Origin: Podarcis melisellensis
Lineage: Eukaryota
Length of the DNA stretch: 64,000 bases
Strand: one strand, 5' to 3'
Assembly: GCA_964234715.1 (NCBI GenBank)
Contig: OZ174288.1
In this document: positions 24,559 to 37,897 of the stretch, piece by piece
How positions within the stretch are numbered: position 1 is the first letter of the stretch
Layout of the letters: each line of letters begins with the position of its first letter
Notes under the pieces: model-generated
What the model was told of the DNA's origin: nothing
The model's database searches: none
Seen by the model: only the letters and a program-made list of their open reading frames with translations
Program-made: the position numbers and the translations under genes

Positions 24559-27397
24559 CCCTGACATCCAGCCAAAAATGGCACCCATGTTGACTTTCAA
24601 ACAGTTGAGATCTACTATAAAAATACAGTATCAATAACAAATATTTCCAGTTGTTGGGATACGGGTATGTATGTGCAGAGTGGTGTAATAACATGGGCTT
24701 TTAATTTATTTATTAGACTTCTATCCTGCCATTCCCCCCTCTCCCCTTGTTCTCGCAATAGCCTTCTGCTGTACATTAGGCTAAGGAATTGTGATTTAGG
24801 TCCTTCAGTAAGGCCATGCTAGACGTGAAGTAAGTAGGTCTTGTGTTGCTTTCCTTTCACTGTGAACAGCAAGATGGATAGACTATCTGATTCAAATAAG
24901 GACCATGGTGGGGGTGAATACTCCCTCCCATAGTCCTGATTCAGCCCCCACCCCACCACTGGCTGTTAGTTAAGGGGTGGGGAGGAAGAAGCCCTGCAAT
25001 AAAAGCAAAGCTACCACAGAAAAAGCTATATATGTCTCCTGCCTTTCACCCAAAGAACTTTAAGCAGAATATTTGTTTTCCGTTTCCTTCCTACAAATAC
25101 CTTGTGAGGTAGAATTAGGCTGAGACAGTGACTGCCTTGGTTTTATAGCCAAGAAGGAATTTTGATCCCCAGTTTCTCCAGTCCAAGGTGTTCAAGATTG
25201 AGAGAGCCATGGGATATAATGGTTAAGGTACTGGCCTTTGATGCTTGGACTTTGACCAAGAAGACACAGGATCGAACGCCTGCTGTGCCACAAATCCCTC
25301 TTCATGAACTGCAGGCCAGATTTTTGTCATGTAATTTGGTCCTGAACAGTTATGATCCCTAGCTAGCAGGACCAGTGGTAAGGGATTATGGGAACCGTAG
25401 TCTCAAAACATCTGGAGGGCCGAGTTTGAGGAAGCTGTTCTAGAGCATCACAGGCAGCATGGTTGCATCATTGGCTGAATTATGCTAGATGAAATCAACA
25501 AAACACTTTCCTGTACTGAGGCTTCAGCAATAAGTTTTGGGGGCAGCTTTTTCAATTAGGTATCTTTGCAGCAAGAACCCACAGCTTACAGTAGAAAGGT
25601 GGAGTTGGCTAAAATGAGGTAGCTTTGAAATTGGGATTTGGAGCACCCAGAGCATCAGATGCAAGAAAGGGAAGGTGGGCTGCACACAAAGGACATTAGA
25701 CTAAATTGTTAAGTGGGAGGGAGGGATTTATCTGCTCCACTGGCAATAGCTACCTAGCACTCAGTGATTAGTTCCTTTCCATTTTGCTACCAGAATGAAC
25801 TCTGTTTCATTAATGTAAGTTGAAATGAAACTCACTTGTGGGTTAGAAGAAGAAGAAACAGATTGTTTGCTAACAGAAGAAAAGCATTTAGTGAGAGCAG
25901 CACATCCGCAAAAGCCTGAGCCACTAGGTTATTACAATAATTATACCATTTATAAGACACTGAAAGAGTGTTCAAAGCACATGACATATTATATCAGTGA
26001 CTCTTAAAAAGCAACTTTATGATGTAGGCCAGTATTAGTATCTGCAAATGTTTGTGTTGAGCTTAGTATTAGTACTGCCATTGTCTACCTTTCTGCTTCC
26101 TGACTCACAAGCAAGCTGTCAGGCAAAGTGGCATTTAATAAGCATATTTGTAAGTGGCAATCAGAGTTGTGATTGTTGAGCTTTTTTAAGGAAGACCTCA
26201 ATATTTATTTTTTTTACAAACCCCAGAGTTTTCCAGTTGACTTGCCTATGAAGATCCAGGACAAAGCGCCGCCTTTCAGAAATCCCCCCCAGACATCAAT
26301 TCCGCCTTTGAAATCCCAGTAATGTCCTGGAAAATCCAGACGTGGGGTAGCCCTGCTTGTGATACAATGGATCTAAGTTCTGATAGAATAATATAAGAGT
26401 AGTCTACAGCTTGAGTGTTGAAGAAATGCTTTCCATTTGTGCACTGGCAGAGTGCATTCAACTAGAATAATAGAATTGTAGAGTTGGAAGAGATCCTGAG
26501 GGTAATCTAGTCCCGCTCTGCAATGCAGGAATCTCAGCTAATCTTGAATGCATCTTTTGGATTTGAATTCTAGGGAACTCTTAGATTCATTGCATTTTGT
26601 GTTGCCTGAAAAACACTCAGCAGGCGGCAAATGCATCAAATGTACATCACCACATAGTACATTCTTAGTAAAAACCTTATAATGGCATTGAGAATTCCAT
26701 TTTGTAAAATAAAATGAAAAACATTTATAACTGGAAAGGGTACCTTTTCTGTTAGTGAAGAAAAAATTACATGGAGGTATATAGATTGTGAGGTTCTTTA
26801 ATTTCCATTACTCTGGGAAAATAATTTTTACCACCACCTTTCTCTGATTACCTAGCATAACAGCAAATTTACTGCAGCAATTCTAGCAAGCTGCATGACT
26901 TGTGCATCCCTTCACGTTGTTTAGTGGCTTCTGCAGAATGAAGTGTCTTAGAATATCATCATTTCATGACAACAGCTGAAATTACAGTCAGAACGCATTA
27001 GGTTTAAAGCCATGGATTTCATACTTTTTGCTTTAACGCAGTCCTTCTCATATTACCTTTTCTGCTGAGGATCTTCTGCATATCTTCCATTAATGGGTGT
27101 TGCAGAGCATTCTGGGAAGTATTCTGAGGTGCGCAGTCAGTTTATCCAAAGCACTAACCTAGACATTGGGCCTCATACTTACCACACGTGAAGGGAATGT
27201 CTGTCCTATAACAAACCCAACATTCTTCTTTGGATGCTTGTTGCATGCAAGGGAAGGCATGTTGTAGTAGGCAAGCTTTTAGGGGAGTTTCCCATATTAC
27301 AGATTTTTCTCAGTGCAGAACCTCTCTTTTGCTTCCAAGGAACCCCCAGGGTTTATTTGGAACATAATTTGAACAAGGAAATAGCATTTATTCCTAG

Positions 27398-27408
27398 CAC
27401 GCACGCGC

Positions 27409-27439
<31 letters not shown>
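27398..27439 (+). repeat. (CA)n microsatellite with CG-interrupted 5' part
   Basis: Directly visible. Confidence 0.9.
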
Positions 27440-30400
27440 AATCGTCCTGGCTTTTAGAATATAACTAGATTGGAGCCTAATAGTTAAAGGTTTATTGTTC
27501 ACTATGTTATGTTTTAATAGTTGGATTTTGTTTATGTTTTAGTTATTGTTGTACTGTATTTCTATTTTAATGGTGGTTGTTAGCTGCCCCGGGCAGGATA
27601 TAAGACAAATGAATAAACACATTTTTTTAAAAGTATTTTTAAAAAGAAATGAATGCAGTTCTTTTTTAGGATATGCATTTGGTTTCTTTTTTGAAAAAAA
27701 TAATAATCTGTATACTGTTCACTTCTGTTTCTCAACTTCTTTCTGATCTTTTCTTTCACTGATGATTCTTCCCCTTATTTCTTTCTGACTTTTTCTTACT
27801 CCTCCATTTTAAAGAAAGCCCTTCTCAGGCATTGTGCTGCTAGTATGTTAGGCTTTATTTGTTTTGGCAGTGAATACAAAAATGTTCTGAAATCCTGTTC
27901 TCAGGCTCAGACACACAGCTAATAAATTATCCTTGCGTCCAATAGATGGAGCCGAACCATTCCCCACAACACACAGGAGAGAACTACAGGAGGGCAAGTA
28001 CTGTGAGGGAAATCTCTTGAGAAAGGCAGAACTTGAAATTATTTCCCCCTTGCATGCGTTTGCTTAAAACACTCAAGTCTGGGCATTTCAGTTTAATGAA
28101 TTAAACTGACGACTTATTTGAAAGCTTCCAAGCCGCATTACTATGTTTAGGAATCGTTGTTTTAGAAACCAGATCTATTTTTGTATAGATGCTTAGCATA
28201 TGACAGCCCTTCCCTGGTTTCTTTTCCCAACAGGAGAAAGAAGTTTCTTTTATACAAGCAAGCCTTGTGCGCAACTGGAGTGTTATTGCTATTTTAGCTG
28301 TTTAGTGTAAATGTGTTTATAATTCTTTGCAAAAGATGGTTCTAGGGATTCTGACATAAGTTAAATTAAGAGACAGGATTTGTAGAGGCAGAGAAATAAA
28401 AAATGGAGTTACTTATACAGTTGATTACAGTAAGAATTTAACTGAAGGAATACAGTTTCTACAGAAACAAACAAATTGAGAAGAGATTTTTTTTCTTCTA
28501 CACAGAGGAAGAATGTCAACAGTGTTGTGTTTAAAATCTGTTATGTGTGCAACTCTTGCTTTAGTCTTATTCTAAAACAGTAGAAGGCAACATTCCGGCT
28601 CAGTAGAAAGTTTTGATTCCTCCTCCCCACTTCCTTTTGTTTAAATAGTTGAAGCATCTGGCTTCTTGCACATTTAAGAATTCTGTGACACTTTAATTAT
28701 TTATAAAAGGATACTAGAAGAACAGAAAAATCCTGGTCTCTTTTGTTTTCATAACATTTTTTTTTAGATGTGGTATTTTGCTGCATTTTGTGCAGCTTTA
28801 AGCATATTACTGAAGCAAAGAGGTTGAAAGAACAGAGTTCTTTTCACACTGTTTTTGGTCCTTAGTGATGATGAAAACATTTCATATTTAAAACAAAGTA
28901 GGTCACTTACCCGTGAAACAAAATGCAGATGCAACAGGCTGATTCTGTCTTTATGATCAGATTGATGAGGAAAATAAGTTTTAATGCATACTTGGCTTCC
29001 TGTGTGTGGTGACGTGCTCAGTTCGAAAACTCAGACAACAAAAAAGCACAGTTCTTCTGTAGGAAACAGGAACTTGGTTTCATGTAATTCAAACCATACA
29101 CGTTGCGATTTTAGCCCGCGTATGGCTCCATCATGTGACTTTAAAGTTTGAGTTGACCTACACAGAGTGATGTTTGGGTACTCCAGAACAGAAAAGTAGT
29201 GTTTAGTCATATATTTCTGAGTCTTTGAGGCCATCCAGTGGCTTCTCAGTTATTTTAAATCATGAAGCCATTCTACCCCTATTCACTAATACTGGAAGTA
29301 TGTTTTCACATGGCCAGATGTTTAGCATTTTCAAAATGCTGCACAAGTAAATATAAAATAAAAGTATTTTATACAAGTAGGACCTGCAACAAAATATTAT
29401 CTTATGGAGGCTTCCTGTCCAGGATTCCAGCCAGTCCATTCCATTCACCGCTCCTCTCCCCTGATCTCCCTCCCACTAACAGTCAGTCAGCTTTCCATGC
29501 CCACTGAACGTGCTCAGTGATTTGGCTGTTGTGAAAGTTCATTTCCCTTTTTTTTAAACATATTTTTATGCTCCTTGAAACCTCAGAGTTCTCTGGCCTG
29601 CTGATAGTTCCCTCTTACGCATAAGCAGTGTTTATTAGGCTACATATGGACTAGAAGAAGTGAGATCGCTAGAAGTATAAATGGTAATGATTAAAACACT
29701 CACACCCTTACCTCCCCTCCTTCCAGAAGCTGATGCTGAATACTTTGCCTAGAATCAAAAGTTTGGAAATAAAGATTCCTACCTTCTTGCTGGGTTTGGA
29801 GGCATAATTGTGGCGTGTCCCTGAAATAGCTTGTCCAAAATACCCTATGCATTAAGAGGTTATATTTAAGACAGGGTTTCCCAAACTTGGGTCTCCCAAG
29901 CTATTTTTGGACTACAGCTGGAAACCCAAGTTTGAGAAACCTTGGTTGAAGAGATAGTCTATTTAATCTGCTCACTACTAACCCATAGTGTGCAAGATGG
30001 CTGAATACAATTGTAATTAATGACAATTCTCAACATTTTAATTGACACAGTGCTGTAATTTTCATGCACATTTCCCTCTGACAGTTACTGTTGCTATTCG
30101 AAATTGAATGAGGAAGAAAAAGTGGGCATTCTTTTCAAATGTGGTTTCTCTTGAACACTTATTTTTATAGTCTCAATTTGATTCAGTTGAGCAATCATAG
30201 GATACAGTCATATGAGCTCAGTAAGAAAGTAAACTTTATTCGGATAGCACACAAGGGGCTGTTTTAGTGTGAGTTTTCTTTTCTTTTTTAGTGGTTGGTC
30301 AACTGATTTAGGGCTAACTTTCTGCAGTTCTAGGAGGTTGCAGTCTTTATTAAAGCGAGCATTCAGCAAATTTAAGAGTTTAAATCATTTGCGACTTGGG

Positions 30401-30697
30401 TGCATAATCATTATGAGAAGCCTGTAGCAAACAGACAAGTGTTTGCAATATAAAGACTTCCTAGTTAAGAAGGAGCTTATGCATCAGCTGACAGCCCTTA
30501 CACCCCTTCTGACAGTGAGGTAGCTGAAAACAAAAATCACACTCTCAAAGTAATGATGTGTGCTCAATTACAGACACACAGTTGTCTGATGCATTATTGG
30601 AGAAAGCCTTAACAATGGTTGATTACACTCAGTACTAGCTGGTCACAGTTGCAACTCAAACGACACCATTTGGGTTTTTCATGGTATGAAACCTAAG

Positions 30698-30851
30698 CAT
30701 GGGTGTAGCCAGGAATTTTGTTAGGGGGGATAGGACTTTTGTTAGGGGAGCAGAACCAATGTGATTTGTCAGTGAGTATTTCTATTGTTTTACTTGATAT
30801 GGGGGTGGGCAGCTGCCCCCCCGCCACCGCCCCCCCCAGGCTACACCCATG
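30698..30851. mobile_element. hAT (Tip100-like) MITE
   Basis: TIRs catgggtgtagcc / ggctacacccatg; near-perfect 8-bp TSD aacctaag / aacctaac. Confidence 0.75.
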
Positions 30852-30970
30852 AACCTAACCTGGATCATTTGAGAGTGTTTGGTTGCACAGCATGGGTGCA
30901 CATCTTGGCTGAAATGTACACCAAGATGAGTCCCAGGGGAAAACAGGGTGTTTTCCTCAGTTATGACAAC

Positions 30971-31146
30971 AAATAATAATAATAAATGATAATGATGATA
31001 ATAATAATAATAATAATAATCACCACCACCCTGCCCATCTGGCTGGGTTTCCCCAGCTACTCTGGGCAGCTCCTAACAGAATAATAATAATAATAAGTGA
31101 TAAAACATCAAACATTAAAAACTTCCTTAATAGGGCTGCCTTCAGA
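30971..31146 (-). mobile_element. L2 3' end with (AAT)n tail
   Basis: (aat)n then ccctgcccatctggctgggtttccccagctactctgggcagct ... agggctgccttcagat. Confidence 0.65.
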
Positions 31147-31278
31147 TCAAACCAAATCAAAATGTTACTGGGTCTGGTTGCCTAAGCAAATAAAGATGCT
31201 TGTCAATAAGAGTGTCAGCTTTCAGGATCAGAAACGTGAAAATTGTAGAATAATTTCCAAGGTTTTTCTCCTTGTGAG

Positions 31279-31685
31279 CAGTGGTGTAGCTAGCCACTCG
31301 TGTGCCCGGTGCGGTGCGTGCGTCCTGCAGCCGGGAGCAGGGCGAACTGCGTGGAGCCTCTGGCCACCTCCCCCTCAGCTGTAGGGCGGCTGAGGGAGAG
31401 GCGGTAGGCAGGTGGAAGCCCCACGCTACCCTTTCAGGCAGCGTGGAGCCTGCAGGCGCCCAAGCCATCACGTCACTCCCAGGAAAGACACGTGGCTCGG
31501 GCAAACTACAGGCCCCGCGGTGTGGTGCCCATTGCCAGCCGTGTTTTGTTACGTTTCTTGACTGAACTAAAAAGTTTAGTGAGCCCATTTTTTAAAATAA
31601 AAAACCCCACTCATATTTTTGTAACCCCCCTCAGTGATGACACCTGGGGCAGCCTGCACCCACCACAGCCCTTCCTCCACCACTG
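31279..31685. mobile_element. hAT (Tip100-like) non-autonomous element
   Basis: Ends cagtggtgtag / ctccaccactg; perfect 8-bp TSD cttgtgag (31271-31278, 31686-31693); GC-rich interior. Confidence 0.8.
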
Positions 31686-32069
31686 CTTGTGAGTGATGAT
31701 GCACAGACAAGTGCCTCTCCCCTTCCCCTGCTCTGATACTCTCTGGACTATTCCTCTGGAGCTGCACATACTCCACTGATCACACTGGTCAAGGTATGCT
31801 ATAATAATGCTATAACTGGTGGCTGCCATGTGCCTCGTTCAAGCTGAGCAAGTTGCTGGAGCTTTGTGCAAGACTTTAAGTGATGCAAAAAAGTTTTGCA
31901 AAACCCTAGGAGCCAGTGAATTTTCTGGGAGCCAGGCTAGAAGCAGAGAGAAATGGAGATCTGAGCATGCCAATGAGAAAAGGGATCCTGGTCTCACTAG
32001 TGCATTTTGCTCTGCTCCTCCACCCCCCACCCCGACTTTCAGATAAGGTCAAGTAGGGAAGTGCTAGAC

Positions 32070-32205
32070 CAGGCATAGGCAACCTTGGCCCTCCAGATGT
32101 TTTGGGACTACAACCCCCATGATCCCTAGCTAACAGGACCAGTGGTCAGGGATGATGGGAATTGTAGTCCCAGAACATCTGGAGGGCCAAGGTTGCCTAT
32201 GCCTG
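32070..32205. mobile_element. Palindromic hAT MITE (136 bp)
   Basis: Long TIRs caggcataggcaaccttggccctccagatgtt / aacatctggagggccaaggttgcctatgcctg; TSD tgctagac on both sides. Confidence 0.92.
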
Positions 32206-32627
32206 TGCTAGACCTCAAGCTTAGCAGTGTTAAAGTGGTAACCTAGGTGCTCCCAAGTAAGGAAGGCTGGTACTATGGCTCAATAGATAGCTCTGCATTT
32301 TGTTGTTAAAGCCTGTGTTAATGTGCTTATATCAAAAATAATGGCCCAGCAGAATGGTTTCTGCTATTGTAATTAAAGGTGTCTTTGAAGCAGGCAGTGT
32401 AGTGTGGAACAGACTTGTTTAGTGGGTTCTGTACCTCGATTTCCTCTGAGGTTTCAGCAAGGATTAGGAGCATAATGTGAACTTAAGACCTCTTGAGTAA
32501 AGGGGACAGGGTGTGGCGTCTGCTAAAGGCACAACTATGGTATAACTTGGTTGAACCCTTGGGCCTAATTGTAACTGATAAGACTTATGCAAGTCATTAT
32601 ATGTGTTCCTGCTGCATATGTAGAGTA

Positions 32628-32833
32628 CAGTGGTACCTCGGGTTACAGACGCTTCAGATTACAGACTCTGCTAACCCAGAAATAGTACCTCAGGTTAAGA
32701 ACTTCGCTTCAGGATGAGAACAGTGCTGCAGCGGGAGGCCCCATTAGCTAAAGTGGTGCTTCAGGTTAAGAACAGTTTCAGGTTAAGAACAGACCTCCAG
32801 AACGAATTAAGTTTTTAACCCGAGGTACCACTG
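32628..32833. mobile_element. Tc1/mariner MITE (CAGTGGTACCTCGGGTTA family)
   Basis: TA-cagtggtacctcgggtta ... taacccgaggtaccactg-TA. Confidence 0.9.
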
Positions 32834-33495
32834 TATATGGATGCCATTTATTTAGCTAAATTATAGATAACCAACCTGAGGCACCAACAGGGAAGTGGTC
32901 TGTGGCGCTGCAGGACTGGAGCAGAAATGTAGATCTACTACAGTATTAATAGGCATTATTATTTTCTTACTATTTAAATTATTATTTACAGCAGGACTAC
33001 TGTTTCATTAATTTCTATACAGCAAGCTCACATAAAAATATATGTATACAGTGTACAAAATATTCTGTTATCACTTGCAAAATAAGTCTGTACTGTATGT
33101 TAATTTATGTTTCAGTTTCTGTGCATGTTTATGTTATTGTTTGCTTACGTTATCTGTTTTGTTACTACTTAACTGAAAACCTCAAAAACAATTTTTTAAA
33201 AAAATTTAAAAATGTAACAAAAAATAAAATACACAGAGGAAACAAGTTTGTCAGCTGGCAAGAAGGGTATTAAAAATAGTAAATCTCAAGTAGAATGGCA
33301 CGATCTTAAACTTAAGCAGTGTATATAGGTGTATATATAGTTTCTCCCTTAAATTAGTGCTCCTCAGAGTGTTCATTATTCATTCCAGAATGAATGTAAT
33401 TGATGAGAGAATGTTGTATTGCATTCTAGAGTTAACCACAGGGTGGCGTTTCTGAAGGAACAACAATAGCCTGGTATTTCTAAGGGTGAGCTGCT

Positions 33496-33845
33496 CATAG
33501 ACTCAATTGTAGAGATAGAAGGGACCTCGAGGGTCATCAGCTCCAACCTCCTGCAATGCAGGAATCTCATACATGACAGATGGCCATCCAACCTCTGCTT
33601 AAAAACCTCCAAGGGAAGAGCGTCCACTGCCTCTTCTAGGAGTCTGTCCCACTATCAAATAGCTTTTACTGTCAGAAAGCTTTCTCATAACTTGAAACCA
33701 CTGGTTCGAGTCCTAGCCTGTGAAGCAGGAGAAAGCAGGATTGCTCCATCCTCCATGTGACAGCCCTTAAATATTTGAAGATGGCTATCATATCTCCTCC
33801 CAGTCTCCTCTTTACTATACTAAACATACCCAGTTCCCTGAACAG
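33496..33845 (-). mobile_element. CR1 3' fragment
   Basis: Antisense CR1 3'UTR and ORF2 end (cctgcaatgcaggaatctc, ccatccaacctctgcttaaaaacctcc, aaacatacccagttcc). Confidence 0.85.
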
Positions 33846-35803
33846 CTTGTCAGTATCCTTGACATGAGCACCAAGACATGAAAATTGTGATTGCAGCCAT
33901 CAGCAAGGAAAAGAAGTATTGTTTGTGAGGTTATTTCCCTCCATGGCACCTGAGGCTGCAGCCTGAAATGAGTGGGGAGATCCTGTGTGTGCTTATGTCA
34001 CTTACTTGGTTCAGGCAACCATGGTTTATATTATATTTATATTATCATGAACAGGCGGCAGTGATACTTGGTCTCACATGCTCCCTTCTTGTCCTTTTTG
34101 TGCAAGGGGAGAAGAGTGAATAACCCCACTTCCATTCTTCCAACACATTCCAACTTGTAGAACTGCGGTTCCGCAGTGATTCTGGGACGGCATTCAGCTA
34201 TTTGGGGTGACTCCTCCCTCTGACTTTAGCAAGCAGTGCACAAAGTTTTGACCACCTTGTCTTGGAGAGGAACCATTTCACACCCTCCAAACTGGTCCCT
34301 GCCTTAAACTGTGAGTGGTTGGGTCCACGGCTGCTTTCCCTCTTTCTGATCTCTCTTTCTCCTTCATGGATCTTTTATTCACTCTATTGATCTTCAGCCT
34401 TTCCTCCCTCCCCTTCCTCTCCCCCATTTCCTAGGATAGGGCAGAGCACCCAGCGCATGGCGAACAAGAAGGCTGCAGAACCAGCAACGCAGCGAGGGAG
34501 CCATGGTCTTTTTTAGTGGTCTCCATACAAGGAGAGGCCATCTGTGCTTAGAGACAGCCCACAGTAGTCACAGTGGATTGTATTTTCCTCCCACTCATAT
34601 GCAGAGGGGGAGTAATGCTTGGTACTGAGTAAAGGAGGCTGTAACTTGCTATCCAATCCCTTCCCACACCTGCCTTTGGGTCAGCCAGGACCTTCTCACC
34701 ACATGATGACCAGCAGAAACGCTACAGTGCCCTCCAAGCAGAGCCACTGGGAAGAGTGCAAACAATCTTCCCATTTCCAGCACTCATTTTTGGTAGAGCC
34801 TAAAAGCAGGCCACTTAGCACTTTCTACTATGGGAGCAGGGTGGGGAGGAATTCTTCAAGTTTCTCAAGTGCGGCTGGTGGTCAGGGAAGTGAAAGCGGT
34901 AAGAGTCCTCACAAACAGCAGGCCCTTGTACCCCCACAAGAAGAAGAAATCCCCCTCAAATAGCCATAAAAAGCTGGGCATAAGAAGAGGAGGCATGTTA
35001 AGTTAAGAGATGCGAGAGCCCAGAAAAGGGGGACACCTCCTTTTCCCGAAGCCTTTTTGTTTGTTTGTTTGTTTCCCCTTCAAAAAATTGAAAAACCGAA
35101 TTATTGTTATTTGGGGGATTATGAAATACTTTATTTTAGAATGATGAACAAAATGTTGAAGACGAAGTGCTCATATATTTACTTGCCCAAAATAATTTCT
35201 AATACTGTGTAACAGGAAGACTTTTATGCAAGAATGTTGGTAGTTAATGTTTTATTGTTGGGGCCCATAGGTATTTTAGGAGAAATTAGCACAGTTTTCC
35301 TTCTCTTAACTTTGGACCCCTTTAAATAAATCAGTAAATAAAGGAATAACAGTAGCAGCTGTTATGGGTCCTCCAAGCCCCTTGTGTCGTTGGCATTACC
35401 TTGAGGGTATTGTGTTTTGGTGCCAGGCCTGATTGGGATGATGTGGTGATGATGAGTTAACAATCTGATTGCTGGGTTCTTCAGCAGCTGAAGCTTCTTG
35501 ACATTTTTAAAAGATAGCCCCTTATAAAGCACATTACAGTAATTATACAGTCCTAGCTTTTATTAGAAGTTGAATGACTGCAAACTTAATCTAGTGAAAA
35601 TACCTCTCCTCTTGTCTACCTTCAGTATATTGTAGAGTGACTGGTTTGGTGTAAGAATTTAAATCCAGGTATGTCTCAGGATACAATGGAGGAGTGCTTC
35701 TTTGAGGGTGAAGTCAAGCTGTTGTACAGACTGATACAGGAGAGACATGTTTTGTTGCAGTTGGGACAGATGAAGATGATATAAGATAGATGAAGAATTG
35801 AAA

Positions 35804-35936
35804 CAGAGAATTGTAGAATTGGAAGGGATCATGAGGGTCATCAGGGCCAATCCACTGCAATGCAGGAACCTTTTTGCCCAGTCTGGGGCTCGAACCCATG
35901 ACCTTGAGATTAAGTGTCTGCTGCTTTACCAACTGA
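35804..35936 (-). mobile_element. tRNA(Lys)-headed SINE with CR1-type 3' tail
   Basis: Minus strand tcagttggtaaagcagcagacacttaatctcaaggtcatgggttcgagcccc joined directly to cctgcattgcag...gatgaccctc...cccttccaattctacaattct. Confidence 0.7.
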
Positions 35937-36664
35937 AGATATAAAAACTTTGGGAAAAGATGACACAAGTTGAGGCGGGGATGGATTTTTATTAGTTTAT
36001 TGATTTGACATAAATCTCTCCCCATTTAGAGGAGATCTACAAATCATAAACCATTTTCAAAAATACTAATCTTTACTCTGAGAAAAGTAATACTGTTAAT
36101 AATGGCACTGTTGTGCTGACTTTCAGAACACATATAAATCATATACAGTACTCTTTAATGATCTAGAGAAGTTTATTTTTAAATGATGATAAATTTGTAT
36201 CTTAGGAAATAATTTAATAAATTCTTTAAAATGTTCTTTTTACATCAGTAGATTGCTTCTCTCTGCATATATACAGTAATATTCATTGTAATGTCAGCTT
36301 GGCTCATATATACAAAGTAACTGGAAACCTTCAGGCATTGAAATGGAAAGGCCCCACATTTTATAAGTAGAAAGTTAATATGCTTTAAGAAAGAACATAA
36401 TTCAATTTTAATTCTTTAAAATTCTTTATCTTCACTGCTTTATATTTCCCCTTAAACTCATAGCTTTTTATTGGCATAAAGGTGGCAGACCTGTTGTCTT
36501 CTTAGTTATTTATGTGAAAGCTTATCTGAAAATCACATGTGATGCAAAGTTTATGGAAGTGTGTTTGCAATTCCTGTTCGGCATTGTAGAGGTAAAAATA
36601 GCACAGGGTGGTTTTGTGGAACATTATCTGGAAAGCAGCTAAAAGATCAGGTGATTTACACGTG

Positions 36665-36666
<2 letters not shown>

Positions 36667-36705
<39 letters not shown>
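36667..36705 (+). repeat. (AC)n microsatellite
   Basis: Directly visible. Confidence 0.95.
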
Positions 36706-36708
<3 letters not shown>

Positions 36709-37265
36709 TTTAACCAGTTTAAGAGAGAAAACACAGAACTGGGAAATAACCACAAATGAAAAAGTGGCTCAAAATGTAGAACAATCTTCATATTAATGAC
36801 TTACAGAGTTGATTGCATAAAAAGTAACCTTTCCATATATCTAACATGCTGCCCTTTTCGATTTTCAAAGTACTGTTGCTTTTCTAGAACATTGCACTGT
36901 ATCGTAACTCAATTGAATTTGAGCTTACTTCCAAGTAAAAAGCATGCCTGAAGTGCAGGAGGCAGGAGATTCTGTTGACTACGCAAAGGCAGATAGTCAG
37001 GCCCTTGATACTTATATTGGGCCTGATCAATCCAGGGGCTTCATGGTGTCTGCCAATCACAGGGACTGATGCTGGGGTTCAAGCTTATATCTAAAACGAA
37101 ATATCCAAAGAGCTGAAATGAAAGTCCCAGACATATTGTTGAATAAAGCTCATGAAACTAACTTCTGAAAAAGCATTATTTCAAATCCATTGTGATGTTT
37201 TAAGTGTTACAGAGCAGACCAACAAAAAGAAAAAGAAAAAGTAAACAAAACTTCCTAATGCATTA

Positions 37266-37897
37266 CAGTGGTACCTTGGTTCTCAAACGCCTTGGTTCCC
37301 AAACGCCAGAAATCCGGCAGTAAGTGTTCGGTTTTTGAACGTTTTTCAGAAGCCAAACGTCTGATGCGGTTGTCGGCTATTGTTTCCAGGGTGCCTGCAC
37401 CAATCAGAAGCTGCACCTTGGTTTTCAAACATTTGGAAGTCATATAGACTTCCAGAACAGATTAAGTTTGGCGCTTTTGTTTTTGCTGTTTTGCGTTTTT
37501 GTTTTTGAGGCTTTTTCAGTTAATTTGTTTTTATGACTGTGTGGAACCCAGTTCAGCTACTCATTGATTGATAGTGAAACTACGGAAATGGATAAAAGCC
37601 CCCCATCCAAACAATGACTATTATCAGTGCAGGTAAGAAAAAAAATTAATTTTAATTTTTATCATATACAATACTGTCTTATTTATTTTTTAGTACAGTA
37701 AATTGATTATTGCTTTCATTTTATGGATCAATGGTCTCATTAGATAGTAAAATTCATGTTAAATTGATGTTTTAGGGGTTGTTTTTAAAAGTCTGGGACG
37801 GTTTAATCTGTTTTGCAGGACTTTCTATAGGAAAGCGCACCTTGGTTTTGAAACAGACTTCTGGAACGGATGAAGTTTGAGAACCAAGGTACCACTG
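37266..37897. mobile_element. Non-autonomous Tc1/mariner (Tigger-like) element, 632 bp
   Basis: Perfect TIRs cagtggtaccttggttctcaaac / gtttgagaaccaaggtaccactg; TA on both sides. Confidence 0.9.

Larger units (their letters stand above)
30300..31260 (+). mobile_element. Ty1/copia-type LTR retrotransposon integrase relic, interrupted by a MITE and an L2 tail
   Basis: Remnants resembling HQLT..PYTP...VAE.KNHTL (~30480-30550), PNLDHLRVFGCTAWVHI...KMSPRGKQGVFLSYD (30852-30967) and SKCYWVW (~31157-31180), i.e. integrase core end plus the copia SH3-like domain. Confidence 0.7.

Noticed and set aside
35870-35936. Functional tRNA-Lys gene
   Set aside because: Degenerate stems and direct fusion to a CR1-type tail indicate a SINE head.
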